The notes under the pieces were generated by a model. The model saw nothing but the letters and a program-made list of their open reading frames with translations, was not told the DNA's origin and ran no database searches. From positions 186,001 through 250,000 of the forward strand of contig CDRNVI010000020.1 in assembly GCA_977017575.1 (NCBI GenBank): a stretch of DNA of 64,000 nucleotides. Reading direction: 5' to 3'. The position numbers and the translations under genes are program-made. This document shows positions 33,627 through 44,499 of this stretch, one piece after another (the stretch's first letter is position 1; each line of letters opens with the position of its first letter). This stretch comes from Paramoeba atlantica. Taxonomy: Eukaryota > Protista > Discosea.

Positions 33627-34226
33627 ATGACAATTAAGACACCGCAGGCCGTACAGGCACCGTATCCCGACGTGGATTTCGGGAAGTACATTGTTCTGCA
33701 AAGCAACGACACTCCACCGCAGGAGTTTTGTATCACCCGCGAGGCTACAAAACAGTCTGTTGTATTGAGCGGAGCGCTCACATCTGTATCAAGTGGAAAG
33801 TATACCAGCGCAGAACACAGAAGAACTACTCCTGTAGTGGTCCCTGTACCCGGTGTCCCAGCGGATATGTTAGTCCATGTGATCACTTACATGGAGCATC
33901 ATGTACAGGAAAAGGCCCCGGCCATAGAGAAGCCACTACGTGCCCCAATAAAAGAAGTGATTGGGGAATGGGACTTTAATTTTCTTACAAATTCGTTGCT
34001 AGAAAACGGTGATGAATCAAAGCACGGTACATTGTTGGCTGTTTTGAGCGCCGCGAACTACTTGCATATCCAAGATTTGATTGACCTAACAAGTGCATCT
34101 GTGGCGTCAATGATCCGGGGCAAGTCTGTTGAGGAGATACGGACTTTGTTCGGAATCAAGAACGACTTTACACCGGAAGAAGAAGCACGTATCCGAGAAG
34201 AAAATGCATGGTGTGAAGTGTCCTAA
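33627..34226 (+). CDS. SKP1: S-phase kinase-associated protein 1
   Basis: LQSND, AANYLHIQDLIDL, VASMIRGKSVEEIRTLFGIKNDFTPEEEARIREENAW. Confidence 0.95.
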   Translation: MTIKTPQAVQAPYPDVDFGKYIVLQSNDTPPQEFCITREATKQSVVLSGALTSVSSGKYTSAEHRRTTPVVVPVPGVPADMLVHVITYMEHHVQEKAPAIEKPLRAPIKEVIGEWDFNFLTNSLLENGDESKHGTLLAVLSAANYLHIQDLIDLTSASVASMIRGKSVEEIRTLFGIKNDFTPEEEARIREENAWCEVS

Positions 34227-34710
34227 GTGATAATGTGGATCCAGTTCGTATTTCGGCCGATACGTAGTCTTTAAAAGAATGGAACGTAGTGCATTTAACA
34301 CGAAAATCTGTTTTTTCGTATCAAAATTAGGATAAAAAAAATTCATATATTCGTGCCAGTATGATGCCTACAGCAATTGCAATTCAATTGTTGCGAACCG
34401 TTTGTTCAGGTTCTTAATAAGTGTTTCTACTTTCTCTTTTTAAATCTCTTTTTTGTGGTGTTGCACATGCATTTTTTCAAGTTTTTGTGTAGATGCAAAT
34501 AAGTTCTTAGAAGTTTTTTTAAGCGGTGACTTCTGCGCTTTCTAAAAATGGAAATTTGTATCTCATATACAATATAAAGTTTTAGTATATATTTCCACTG
34601 GATTACAATTTTTTTTCTTTCGTACGCATTTAGTCGATGCTCCCTACTTACATGTTCCCTAAGGAGAAGACTTCACTAGTTCAATAAGAAACGGGGAAGT
34701 TTGAACATCC

Positions 34711-35781
34711 ATGGAACGATCTTTTTCCTTTCTTCGCCATCACTTCTTTTTTACTCGCTTCCTGCGTTCTCGGTCAACACACTCTCGCAAACACACTACT
34801 CAGCCAACAGAGTCTCGCATTGAAATTAAAACATCAATTCCTGCGATTACACGTTCAAGAAAGACAGTGGAATACGTCTGCTCTTCTCCCAGACCGACTC
34901 CTACTTCAACTATTGCTTCCCGTTTACGCGAAACGAGCAGTCGAATCAGCACTAAACGTCGCGGTGTCATTAAAACTCCAACATCTTCCTACACCCCAAG
35001 CTTTCTTCGGGAATACGACTCGGATGAAGAAACAAAAAATCTTCCTCCACTTTCTTCATCCAACCTTGAAGAGACTACAGGAGAAATAGTGTCCACATCT
35101 CTTCCGAATGATTTAGAGCAGTTCGTACTAGAGGAGGAAGAGTCGGAAGTTATGGCGAATGCGCAAGGCTCGAAAACCAGTGACAAGGATAGACATCGGA
35201 AAAATAGGGAGAAGCATTTAGCCCGACTTCTTTTGCAAGATCCCACGAATGCATCACCGGTCAACATGGAAAGCAACCCAAACATCAATCCTCAAGCGGT
35301 AACAGCGGCAGGTTCGGGTATTGCACCCGATGGCTCCTCTGAAGAGTCCTTCGATAAATTTTCTCTTGACGAGGAAACTATTGAGGAATCTTCCAATGCG
35401 AAAAATCAATTAAGCAGTTCGAAGGCGGAATGTGAAGAACTGTCATTGAAGGACACAAGCGTTCCAAGTACCGCGTTGACTCCATTTCGGAAGCCAACCC
35501 CGACCCCACTTACAATCCCAGAAATGAAAGGCAAATTTTCACAAAACGCACACGAGCTGAAACTGCTCACGAACGGCTATCGGGACTTGACTTTCAAGAT
35601 GAAGCTTTTGTACCACAAATTGCATACCGCCAACATGATATCATTACGCATCTTAAATTCAGAAAAAGGCCGATTGTATAAGTATGATAGGAAAATTCGC
35701 ATGATCAAAGAAAAATTAGATCGAATACGAAGAATGAGAAAGTACGCAGAAAATGTAGAGGCAAAAACGAAGATAGTTTGA
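34711..35781 (+). CDS. Hypothetical protein with basic N-terminus and C-terminal coiled coil
   Basis: 356-codon + strand ORF; Arg/Ser/Phe-rich N-terminus (possible mitochondrial presequence); helical basic C-terminus. Confidence 0.6.
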   Translation: MERSFSFLRHHFFFTRFLRSRSTHSRKHTTQPTESRIEIKTSIPAITRSRKTVEYVCSSPRPTPTSTIASRLRETSSRISTKRRGVIKTPTSSYTPSFLREYDSDEETKNLPPLSSSNLEETTGEIVSTSLPNDLEQFVLEEEESEVMANAQGSKTSDKDRHRKNREKHLARLLLQDPTNASPVNMESNPNINPQAVTAAGSGIAPDGSSEESFDKFSLDEETIEESSNAKNQLSSSKAECEELSLKDTSVPSTALTPFRKPTPTPLTIPEMKGKFSQNAHELKLLTNGYRDLTFKMKLLYHKLHTANMISLRILNSEKGRLYKYDRKIRMIKEKLDRIRRMRKYAENVEAKTKIV

Positions 35782-36053
35782 AAAATGGCTGGTTAGATTC
35801 ACAAGTTGTTTTGATAGGTAGAAATCGTACGCCTCATCGTACAGAAATATTCCATCAAAGATATGGTGGATGACGACGTGTGTTATACTTGTTTTCAGCC
35901 TATTGGGTGAAACTTCCATATGATACGCTTCATGCACTACTTTATGTTATTTACAGTAATGTTTAGTAAAGTTCATTTATACAACTGTATGCTATTTTCG
36001 TTCTAAAGTGCCGTTTTCACAACTTTAAAAAGAAGCGAATTCTTCCACCCTCC

Positions 36054-36743
36054 ATGAAGCCTTCCCTCTACCTCAGGCGTGCCACCCGCCTGGACCGCCT
36101 TGATTTCGACAACGCTCTTAGTCAAATGTTACAACTCCTTTCCCGTCCCTCCCTGGTCTTTCGTGCCGCAAAAGTGCGAAAAATGACCAAAAACTTTTAC
36201 GCCCGGGAGGAACCTGCATTCGTGTTGCTCCAGCTTGCGTTTCTGGCCGCAGCCTCCCTGGCCTGGGGACTTACCTTTCACGTTTCCCTCTCCCATCTTC
36301 TTCACGCGCTGTTGCTTCACCTCTGCGGGTTCTACCTTACCGGGTGCGTGCTGTTCACCACATTTTTATGGTACGGATGCAATCGATACATCCGTACCCG
36401 TCGTCCCTATCTCAATGAGGTCCGACGTGATGTCGAGTGGCTGTACTGCTGGGATATTGCCACCAGCGCGTTCTTCCCCCCGTTCCTTCTGCTCTACGTC
36501 GTGCAGCACTATCTGCTGTGGCTGGTGCTACGGCCCGGGATACTGGCGTGTCTTTGCGCCAACACGCTCTGGGCCCTCGCCTCCTCCTACTGGGGGTATA
36601 TCGTGTATCGTGGGTTGCTGGAGCTCCCACTGCTCCCGATCCAACCCTACATGTTACTCCCGCTCGGGGTGGTGTGGCTGGTGGGTTCCGGGCTTGCCAC
36701 CGCGGGGCATAATATTACCGCCCTGGTGTTGACACAAATGTAG
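36054..36743 (+). CDS. UNC50: UNC-50/GMH1 family membrane protein
   Basis: RLDFDNALSQMLQLL...KMTKNFYAREEPAF and VEWLYCWDIATSAFFP; several transmembrane segments. Confidence 0.85.
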   Translation: MKPSLYLRRATRLDRLDFDNALSQMLQLLSRPSLVFRAAKVRKMTKNFYAREEPAFVLLQLAFLAAASLAWGLTFHVSLSHLLHALLLHLCGFYLTGCVLFTTFLWYGCNRYIRTRRPYLNEVRRDVEWLYCWDIATSAFFPPFLLLYVVQHYLLWLVLRPGILACLCANTLWALASSYWGYIVYRGLLELPLLPIQPYMLLPLGVVWLVGSGLATAGHNITALVLTQM

Positions 36744-36931
36744 GTGTGACAGGTATGTGGCGTGACCTGCTGAGGGGCTGAGCTTGCTTTCAATTGGAAA
36801 AGTGTTTTCAAGAGTGATGAGCTGGAGTCTCAAGATATCTACATTCTTTCAAACATACAATATTATGATTCTTGGAAGAGAGTCTGTGATATCAAAACTT
36901 TAGCTTTTCTATTCTTGTTTAGTATTACCCC

Positions 36932-39151
36932 ATGACACTGCGGTACACACTCTTACTGGTGGCTCTCACAGAGCTCGCTACTTCCCGACGAGCCTACTCT
37001 AAATCCGACGCCGAATGGCTTCACGATACGGTTTACTCAAATGACCTCTTTGCTCCTCTACACCCCCCGCAAGGAATTAAATCCGTACCTCAGCAAAAGG
37101 GGCAGCAAACTCCTAAACATAACCCTCTGTCTCCGTTCCAGCACGAAGCCTCCTCTCCGACACGCCAGCCTCTTCGCATTCACCTCAGCACACGTGACTT
37201 GGACGACCCCTCTAAATTCTGCTCCGTCCCCGGAGACAAGCGCACCTCCTTTGATCTCGGCACCACGATTTGTCGACCCGCGGACGTGCTCACGGAGGAG
37301 AAGAAAGCCCTCCTCCTCCACGCGCTCCACGAGGCCACCGATCTCGCCTCTCGTGCTCTTAAAGTCTCCCGGCCACGTCCCCCTCTCCACACCAGCCCTA
37401 CCCCCTGTTTCGGTCACGTCACCTCAGCCCCCACCGACTGGGAGCTCGGCTTCCCCCACACCGACTTTATTCTCTACGTCACCGCGCGCCCCTACCCCGG
37501 GATGGAGATCCAGGCCACGGGGCTCATGTGCGAATCCGACGCCTCCCGTCGTCCCACCGTGGGGGTCCTAAACCTCAGTCCACGGTACCTCGACCCCCAA
37601 CAACCCCCGGGGCGACTCACCCGGCTGGTCACGCGGGAACTCTTCCGCGCGCTCGGGTTCTCGCTCCACTTTGCGCTCTACGGGTTCCTCCCCCCGAACC
37701 AGGGCGCCCTTCGTGCCCTCACGGTTCGGGAACACCAGACCCTCGGGATCACCTCCCCGAGCATTGTCGAAAAAGCGAGAGACTACTTCAACTGCTCCTC
37801 GTTAAACGCGCTCGAGCTCGATGTCACGGGGTACTGGACCCGACGGGTCCTGAATGGGGAGCTGATGACGGAGGGAGTCAGCCCGGCGGATGTGACGCTG
37901 GGGCTTTCCCCGATGACGTTGGCTTTTTTTGAGGACAGCGGGCACTACGAGGTGGATTACGCCGTGTGTAGTGAACCGGGGGAGCTGAGGTATGGACGCG
38001 CCGCGGGGTGTGGGTTTATTGAGCAACGGTGTAACACGGAGGACGGGGGACGGGATCGGTATTTTTGCTGGCACCCGTTTACGTTGTCGTGTATGCCGAA
38101 CCACGTGGCGGCGGGGGTATGTGCGATCATTAACCATGAGGAGCCGTTGGAGACGGCGTTTCAGTATTTTCCCAAGGAGCCCACTATTGGGGGGTATTTC
38201 CGAAGCATGGATTACTGCCCCGTCCCAAAGGCGATTCCGGAGATGGTTTGTGTGAACCCAAATAACCAGGCGGAGCGCTACGCCGCGCAGTCGGGGAATT
38301 TTTTCTCCACCTCCAGTCGTTGTTTTGAGACCGCCGGGGCGCGAAAACCTGAAAACGAGTCGAACTTTACCTGGGGCTTCCATGCCCAGGGAACGCCTCC
38401 GAGCGCGCTGAACCGCAACTCACCTCGTTGTTTCGAGACGCGGTGCCCGGCCGGGAGACGGGTGGAGCTCCGGCTTGGGCAGAACGCTACCTGGCTGCGC
38501 TGTCCCGAAGATGGCTCCCCTGGGGTACTCACCGGGATCCCGGGTTACGTAGGACAAATTTTCTGCCCTCCGGCATCGGAGGTTTGTACCACGAAACTAT
38601 TTGTGACAGAAGATATTGTAAGGGAGGAACTACAAAAAGTTAAGGAAGACACTGAATCGGAAAGTGAAATTAGCACAGATCCCACGGGCAATGTGACAGA
38701 AACTCGTGCAAGAAATCAAACGAACTCAGAAACGGTGACGGATAGGGTTCCGGAAGGCACGGGTAACGTAACGAGAGTAAGCAACTGTACTGGGGTGGAG
38801 GAGGCAGAAAATAGCACCGATGTTTTAGACAATGTCGAACCTGGAGTTCCAGAGTCCTTACCACTTATCGACGATAGTGCAATGGGGGACGGAGTGACAC
38901 GCGTATCCGATTTGTTGAGTTTGCCTATCGCGCAGGATATCGGATTTCAGGGTGATCTACCTCTCGTACAAAGTTTACCGGAAGGCTCAGGTGCCTTATT
39001 TCAACAAGAGGCACCCGGGATTCAAGAGAGTGTGGTATCACCCATTAATCTAGTTGTCCAATCAAACAGTACACAAGGTCAATGTGAATCCCCGAGAAGA
39101 AAAAAATTATGGGCTTTTCTAACAGACTGGGTATTCGCATTGGGTGCCTAA
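36932..39151 (+). CDS. GP63: GP63/leishmanolysin (M8) homolog, predicted catalytically inactive
   Basis: M8 scaffold (DFILYV, A..C, Met-turn ELMT, LAFFEDSGHY, CPA), but HEXXH reads RELFR at 37634-37648. Confidence 0.85.
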   Translation: MTLRYTLLLVALTELATSRRAYSKSDAEWLHDTVYSNDLFAPLHPPQGIKSVPQQKGQQTPKHNPLSPFQHEASSPTRQPLRIHLSTRDLDDPSKFCSVPGDKRTSFDLGTTICRPADVLTEEKKALLLHALHEATDLASRALKVSRPRPPLHTSPTPCFGHVTSAPTDWELGFPHTDFILYVTARPYPGMEIQATGLMCESDASRRPTVGVLNLSPRYLDPQQPPGRLTRLVTRELFRALGFSLHFALYGFLPPNQGALRALTVREHQTLGITSPSIVEKARDYFNCSSLNALELDVTGYWTRRVLNGELMTEGVSPADVTLGLSPMTLAFFEDSGHYEVDYAVCSEPGELRYGRAAGCGFIEQRCNTEDGGRDRYFCWHPFTLSCMPNHVAAGVCAIINHEEPLETAFQYFPKEPTIGGYFRSMDYCPVPKAIPEMVCVNPNNQAERYAAQSGNFFSTSSRCFETAGARKPENESNFTWGFHAQGTPPSALNRNSPRCFETRCPAGRRVELRLGQNATWLRCPEDGSPGVLTGIPGYVGQIFCPPASEVCTTKLFVTEDIVREELQKVKEDTESESEISTDPTGNVTETRARNQTNSETVTDRVPEGTGNVTRVSNCTGVEEAENSTDVLDNVEPGVPESLPLIDDSAMGDGVTRVSDLLSLPIAQDIGFQGDLPLVQSLPEGSGALFQQEAPGIQESVVSPINLVVQSNSTQGQCESPRRKKLWAFLTDWVFALGA

Positions 39152-39421
39152 CTCTGTCGCGTGCAGGACTATCTAGCCTTCCTTGTACAACTTTCTTAGA
39201 TGTTTCTAGACCAGTAGAAAAATGTTTATAGTGATGTACATTCTACTTATTCGAAATTTTAGCAGCCCCTGCATCTTACTCCTTTTATTCATCTTCCATC
39301 ACTTCCAGATAATATTTTTTTGCTTTTTATACATTTTATACATACAATAGGTTTTATGCACACAATAGGCATTTGACATGTTGGCTTTTGACATGATGAA
39401 AATAAATCGTATGATTCGAAT

Positions 39422-41290
39422 ATGGTCGAGAAATTCATGAATATTATACAAAAAGCAATCTCTAACATTTTTCATTCTTATATTCTTACACCTGCGATGC
39501 AACCCTTACTCTTGTACGTGTCCTTCCTGGTACAAGCCTGCTTGTTCCACACCGCCGACACCCCCACCTCAGCCTTCACCCACCGTTGCATTCACAACGA
39601 GGTCCTCACCCACCACTCCCTCCACCTCCCCAACAGCACCCTACGCACCGTATTCCAACCCGGGGAGCCCACTCCCCCACCCGCAGCCCGTGCCCCCCGC
39701 CCCCCACGACGTCGCAACATGCGCATCGCGCTCAGCACCATCGACCTGGAAAACCCCGCCCGGTACTGCACCCAACCCGGTGACATACGCTCCAGCTTCC
39801 AATTCTCCAACGTCACCTGCACCCCCGAGGACGTCCTTACCGAGGCTAAAAAAGACTACCTCCTCCACACCGTCCTGCGCAAAGCCCTGGCCGTGATCCA
39901 CGCCGCGCTCCGGGTCACCCCCCTCACCTCCCCCCTCCGTACCAGTGAGCGCCCCTGTTTCGGCCATGTCAGTACGAACCCCTCCCACTCCCTCACCGGC
40001 GTCCCCGACACCGACTTTGTGCTCTACGTCACCGCGGTCCCCATGGACAGCGCCGACACCCTCGCCTGGGCGCTCCCGTGTGAGATCGGGCCCCGGGGTC
40101 GTCCGCTCGTCGGCCACGTGAACTTCGCCCCCGCAAGGCTTGCGGGCACCGACGACATGCTGCTGCGGAACGTCCGGGTCGCGTTGCATGAGATCCTGCA
40201 CGCCCTGGGGTTTGGTTTCCCCTATGCCCGGATTGGGTTTCTCCCCCCCAACCAGAGCCCGTTTCGTAGTGTCGAGGTGCGGGGGAAGCAAACGATTGGG
40301 ATGGTGACCCCCCACGTGGTGGCCCAGGCCCAGGTGTATTTTAACTGCTCCAATCTCACGTTCCTGGAAATGGAGGATGTGGGTGGAGGGGCCACCGCGC
40401 TTTCGCATTGGGATAAACGGGTCATGGGGAATGAACTGATGACGGGGACAACGAGTCCTACCGATGTGACCCTGGGGCTTTCCCCGATGACGTTGGCTTT
40501 TTTTGAGGACAGTGGACACTATGATGTGGATTACAGGGTGTGTAGTGAGCCCGCGGAGTTGAGTTATGGAAGAGCCGCGGGGTGTGGGTTTATTGAGCAA
40601 CGTTGTGACACGGTGGTTGGAGGGCGGGATCGGTATTTTTGTTGGAAGGACAACACGTTTGGGTGTACCACCGACCGCCTGGGGGCGGGGATCTGCCTGA
40701 CACACTCCTACCCGTTTGCGCTGCCGGAGAGTTATCAGTACTTTCCGGGGGACGCGCACAAGGGTGGGGTTATTCCCCACATGGACTTTTGTCCGACGTA
40801 TGTCGGGGATAGCAACACGTTGTGTGTGAATGAGGAACTAGGCGTCGTGACCTCGGGGAAGGGAAACATTTTTAGCGTATCAAGTCGGTGTTTCGAGACC
40901 TCGGGGGAGGCGGAGAAAGAGGGCGGGTTTCGCTCCCAGCACGCCCCCTCAACGTACGCGAATCGCATCTCACCGCGGTGTTTCGAGACCCGTTGTCCGG
41001 GGGGTACTCGAGTGGAGTTGCGGGTGGCACACACGACCGATTGGCTACGCTGTCCGCTGAATGGGTCTGCCGGAGATATTGCCGCCCCGGATGGTTATGT
41101 GGGAATCATTCACTGTCCCCCCGCGAGTGACATCTGCACCCGGGCGTTAAGTGAAGGGGCTGATCTCTCGGAGGCGTCCTACTACGCTAGAGAAGGCACC
41201 CAAAACAGTGGAGTTTTGTCGCAAGGAAGACTGCACTGGGGTGTGTATGGGGTGTTAGTCACTCTTTGGGTCCTTTGGGGTTGCATGTAG
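39422..41290 (+). CDS. GP63: GP63/leishmanolysin (M8) metalloprotease (true start probably the Met at ~39497)
   Basis: HRCIH propeptide, HEILH at 40187-40201, SHW third ligand, ELMT Met-turn, hydrophobic C-terminus resembling a GPI signal. Confidence 0.92.
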   Translation: MVEKFMNIIQKAISNIFHSYILTPAMQPLLLYVSFLVQACLFHTADTPTSAFTHRCIHNEVLTHHSLHLPNSTLRTVFQPGEPTPPPAARAPRPPRRRNMRIALSTIDLENPARYCTQPGDIRSSFQFSNVTCTPEDVLTEAKKDYLLHTVLRKALAVIHAALRVTPLTSPLRTSERPCFGHVSTNPSHSLTGVPDTDFVLYVTAVPMDSADTLAWALPCEIGPRGRPLVGHVNFAPARLAGTDDMLLRNVRVALHEILHALGFGFPYARIGFLPPNQSPFRSVEVRGKQTIGMVTPHVVAQAQVYFNCSNLTFLEMEDVGGGATALSHWDKRVMGNELMTGTTSPTDVTLGLSPMTLAFFEDSGHYDVDYRVCSEPAELSYGRAAGCGFIEQRCDTVVGGRDRYFCWKDNTFGCTTDRLGAGICLTHSYPFALPESYQYFPGDAHKGGVIPHMDFCPTYVGDSNTLCVNEELGVVTSGKGNIFSVSSRCFETSGEAEKEGGFRSQHAPSTYANRISPRCFETRCPGGTRVELRVAHTTDWLRCPLNGSAGDIAAPDGYVGIIHCPPASDICTRALSEGADLSEASYYAREGTQNSGVLSQGRLHWGVYGVLVTLWVLWGCM

Positions 41291-41657
41291 CTCTTTTCAT
41301 TTATTTTCCCTGTATCTTCAAAGTTTCGTGTTAGAAAATTTGTCTTAAAAATCGTAACTTACTATCCTAATTGCCATGTGCTGGATTTGCAGTATATTTA
41401 TTTCCTTATCACACACGTTACTTTATTTTTGTGCAGAATCTACAGCTTTTCGTAATGAAAATACATACTGTACTTCGTCGCGTCTTGGCAAGGCAAGAGC
41501 ACCACTGCCGCAGGAACACGAACTTGCAGAATTCACAAATGTTGGTATGGGGTAGATTGTGGAGCTGATGGAAGGGCTACCCGTACTTTATGGGAGGGGT
41601 CGAGGCTATTACAAACAGGGGGATACAGTAACACAAACTGGTGCCCTATGGATGTGG

Positions 41658-41755
41658 GCACGAAATTGTGAGGGGGGGGTCAAAATCCGTATAACTTGGC
41701 CAATTTTGGAAAAAAACACCTCATTGGAGAGCTCTCGCAGAGTTACGTTTCATGT
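41658..41755. mobile_element. Diverged TIR related to MITE family A
   Basis: GCACGAAA..GGGGGGGGTCAAAATCCGTATAACTTGGCCAATTTTGG..GAGAGCTCTCGCAGAGTTACG aligns with the family A TIR. Confidence 0.6.
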
Positions 41756-42483
41756 GTTACAGCGTTCGTAAAAAGCGTAAGTGTAGTAAAATATCGAGTC
41801 ATAAAAATTGGAGTATTTTTAATTGGTGTCGCTTTTTTGGGAACGAAGTCGAGTAAGTTCAAGTTGGTAAAGTTGAAGTTGGGAAGGTTGGAGTTGAGAA
41901 GGTTGATGTTGGGAAAGTTAATATTGATAAAGTTTGAATGAATGTTGAGAAAAATTAATGAATAAAAAATTAATTTATAAATCAGTTTCGTAAAAATTAA
42001 TGGATTCATGTGATCAAAAATTAATTATAAATACAAAACAGTTAGGTGAAATCTCCCTTTTTTCCCCCAATTTGTTTTTTGAAGTTTTGAAGGGCACTCC
42101 AAATACTAAAATTAGTTACTCGTATTTCATCTGCTCATCTTCTGATGCTGAAATAAAGGCCTTCGTGCTTTCAATTTCCCATTTCGCTCGTTCATGTGTT
42201 GCCCATACAGTATCGATACTCCACCGGACTCTAAAAGTGTGTCACACCTTTTCCCAACCTGGTGTGCCACAATTTGAGCCCTAGAACTCTTGTTTTTTAT
42301 AAATGTCCCCGAATGTCTTGGTGTAAATAAGTCAAAGTCTTCTCTTTCGTCAATACCAATCTAGAAGGATTGCAAAATCGCTGAACTCGAAAAAACATTG
42401 AAGTATTTATTTTTGAAAATAATTTTGGGGGAAAAAAGGGAGATTCCACCAAAGGTTATGATTATAATTATTTCTTTTTGCAT

Positions 42484-42574
42484 CTCTTCGTTAAACGCGG
42501 TGGTTGTTTTCAACTTAGAAGTCACTCATGCTGCGCGCTTCGCGTTGAAAACTACCACCGCGTTTAACGAAGAG
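42484..42574. repeat. Palindromic cassette (31-bp arms, 29-nt loop), copy 1
   Basis: CTCTTCGTTAAACGCGGTGGTTGTTTTCAAC ... GTTGAAAACTACCACCGCGTTTAACGAAGAG, with 1 mismatch. Confidence 0.9.
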
Positions 42575-42841
42575 CCTAAAAAAGGAAAGTTAGCTTCGAA
42601 AGCTGAAAAAAACGGAGGGACTATAGGCAAAAATAGACGATTTTTGGGTAAAAATGGGGTGATTTTTGGGTAGTTTTGCTCTCAGAGCACTAAATCCGAC
42701 ATTTGCGTGTGGGAAATCACTCGTAGGCATGTTGTTTGTTGTTTATTCATGCACTTAGATTGCAGAGATTTGTCTCACATTGTCCTTACCCGCATACGAC
42801 GGGTGGATCACGTGAGGATTTGCCCTCGCTGGAGGAGAATG

Positions 42842-43007
42842 GGTGCAGAGAGCTGACGTCCCAGGTGCAGAGAGCTCGGTTGTCATGTGCAGGTGCAGAG
42901 AGCCGGATGCGTAATCCCCATATTACAGTTTCGGGGGCAATCCGGGTGCAGAGAGCTGCGACAGAGCCGAGGTGCGGAGAGCTGGGCGACCGTCAGGTGC
43001 GGAGAGC
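42842..43007 (+). repeat. Six copies of GGTGC(A/G)GAGAGC separated by unique 10-41 bp spacers
   Basis: Repeats start at 42842, 42864, 42892, 42945, 42971 and 42996. Confidence 0.9.
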
Positions 43008-43953
43008 CGTAAACGCGGGCAGCGAGGGACGCGTCTAGTGGTCCTCAAGGGAGGCCACCGTGACGCCTAGCCCTCTCGGAGACGTACGGGTCGGGAGGAA
43101 GGAATCCGAGAGGGAGAAGCACTCACTCCAGGGGAGTGAGTCGGGGAAGGGTGAAGGGATGGAGGCGCTTCCCCTGCTTCAGCGATAAAGGGGGACAGTT
43201 CCAGCCTTAGCGCCGGCCGGCAACAGGCATGAAAATACAGTAAGAGTATGCCCGTTGCCGGGGAAAGAAAGGATGAACTAAGGCAACAAGGTACAGAAAC
43301 TGTATCTTTATAAAGCCTACCGAACGTATTGGATAGAGAATTCGACTCCAACCACACCATTCTTTCGACGCAAAAAGACCCCTTGGGATCCGAAATATAT
43401 TTTTTCACCTTTTTTGGTCAAAAAAATGGGTCATTTTGGGAAGCATACCAGGGCTACAAGGAGGGATATCTTGCGAAAACAATGGCATAGAAAGCTAGTA
43501 TACATACCTATGTGTTCTATGAACACTTTTTTTTGTTCATTGAACACATAGAACGCATTGAACACTTTTTGGGGAGGTACACATCCCACGAACATGTTGA
43601 GTATTTTTCATAAACCTTTTTTGTTTTGCGCATATCCAAGTGATTACACATGCCCTAGCTATACAGTATTAGAATGCCGCGGTATGAGGTTCTCTCTTAG
43701 TAAGCGTGGCAGCTTTTTTTGTACTCGCCGAACGTAATGCATTTCTTATTTCAAAATATTTTTGTTGTTGTTGTAAAAAACTATTGTTTCCCGCATTTGG
43801 TCAAGCAGATCTATTACCCTCAACAATTTCTAATGAGAGGACGAGGTCCCACAGGAACCTTTCGTGCCCGTCGAAGAAAAATGGGGAACCACCACAATCG
43901 ATTACTTGGGGAACCAATCCAAATCCAAAAATGAATCAAATATCCAATTTCCT

Positions 43954-44058
43954 TTTTAGGCTCTTCGTTACACGCGGTGGTTGTTTTCAACTTGGAAGTC
44001 ACTCATGCTGCACACTTCGCGTTGAAAACTACCACCGCGTTTAACGAAGAGCCTAAAA
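43954..44058. repeat. Palindromic cassette, copy 2 (38-bp arms)
   Basis: Same arms and nearly the same loop as 42484-42574. A half copy lies at 59581-59618. Confidence 0.9.
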
Positions 44059-44499
44059 TAGAAAAATTGCCAAAAGATCATGAATAATCTACTTTTTTAG
44101 GTAAAAAAGCCCGATTTTTAAGCAAAAATTTCGAAATTTTAACCCGAATTTTGGCCGTTTTTGATGCCTTACCAGTAGGGGTAGGAGGCGGATCTGACGA
44201 AAACAACGCCGTAGAATGGTAGCTGATGTCCAAAACTCTTAAAATACGTTTTAGGAGTCGATTTTGGAAAAATAATATTTTTACCTTTTTTTTATCAAAA
44301 AGTTTTTTTCTTGGTCACCCCAAAAATTTCGGAAACTTTGACCATGTCGGACCCCTCCTGCGCGTAACAGAGGGGGGGGGATACCCCCAGGTTGGGGGGC
44401 AGAAAATTATCGCCGCGGCCTACTCTAACACTTCCCGGCGCTCGATTTTGAGAAACAAAAAATTCGAAAAAAAAGTCGCGACGTATACCCCTCCCCCTG

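Noticed and set aside
39641-40780. 379-aa minus-strand ORF, and similar ORFs at 1091-1670, 13478-14047 and 37802-38383
   Set aside because: These are antisense or off-frame shadows of real genes. The GC-rich skewed composition suppresses stop codons and the products are low complexity.
41743-42009. Pentapeptide-repeat gene (NINFP/NINLL/NSNLP)
   Set aside because: Four degenerate 15-bp units in AT-rich TE debris with no credible gene context.
42842-43007. True CRISPR array
   Set aside because: The repeats are only 12 bp, spacers vary from 10 to 41 bp, there are no cas genes and the context is eukaryotic.
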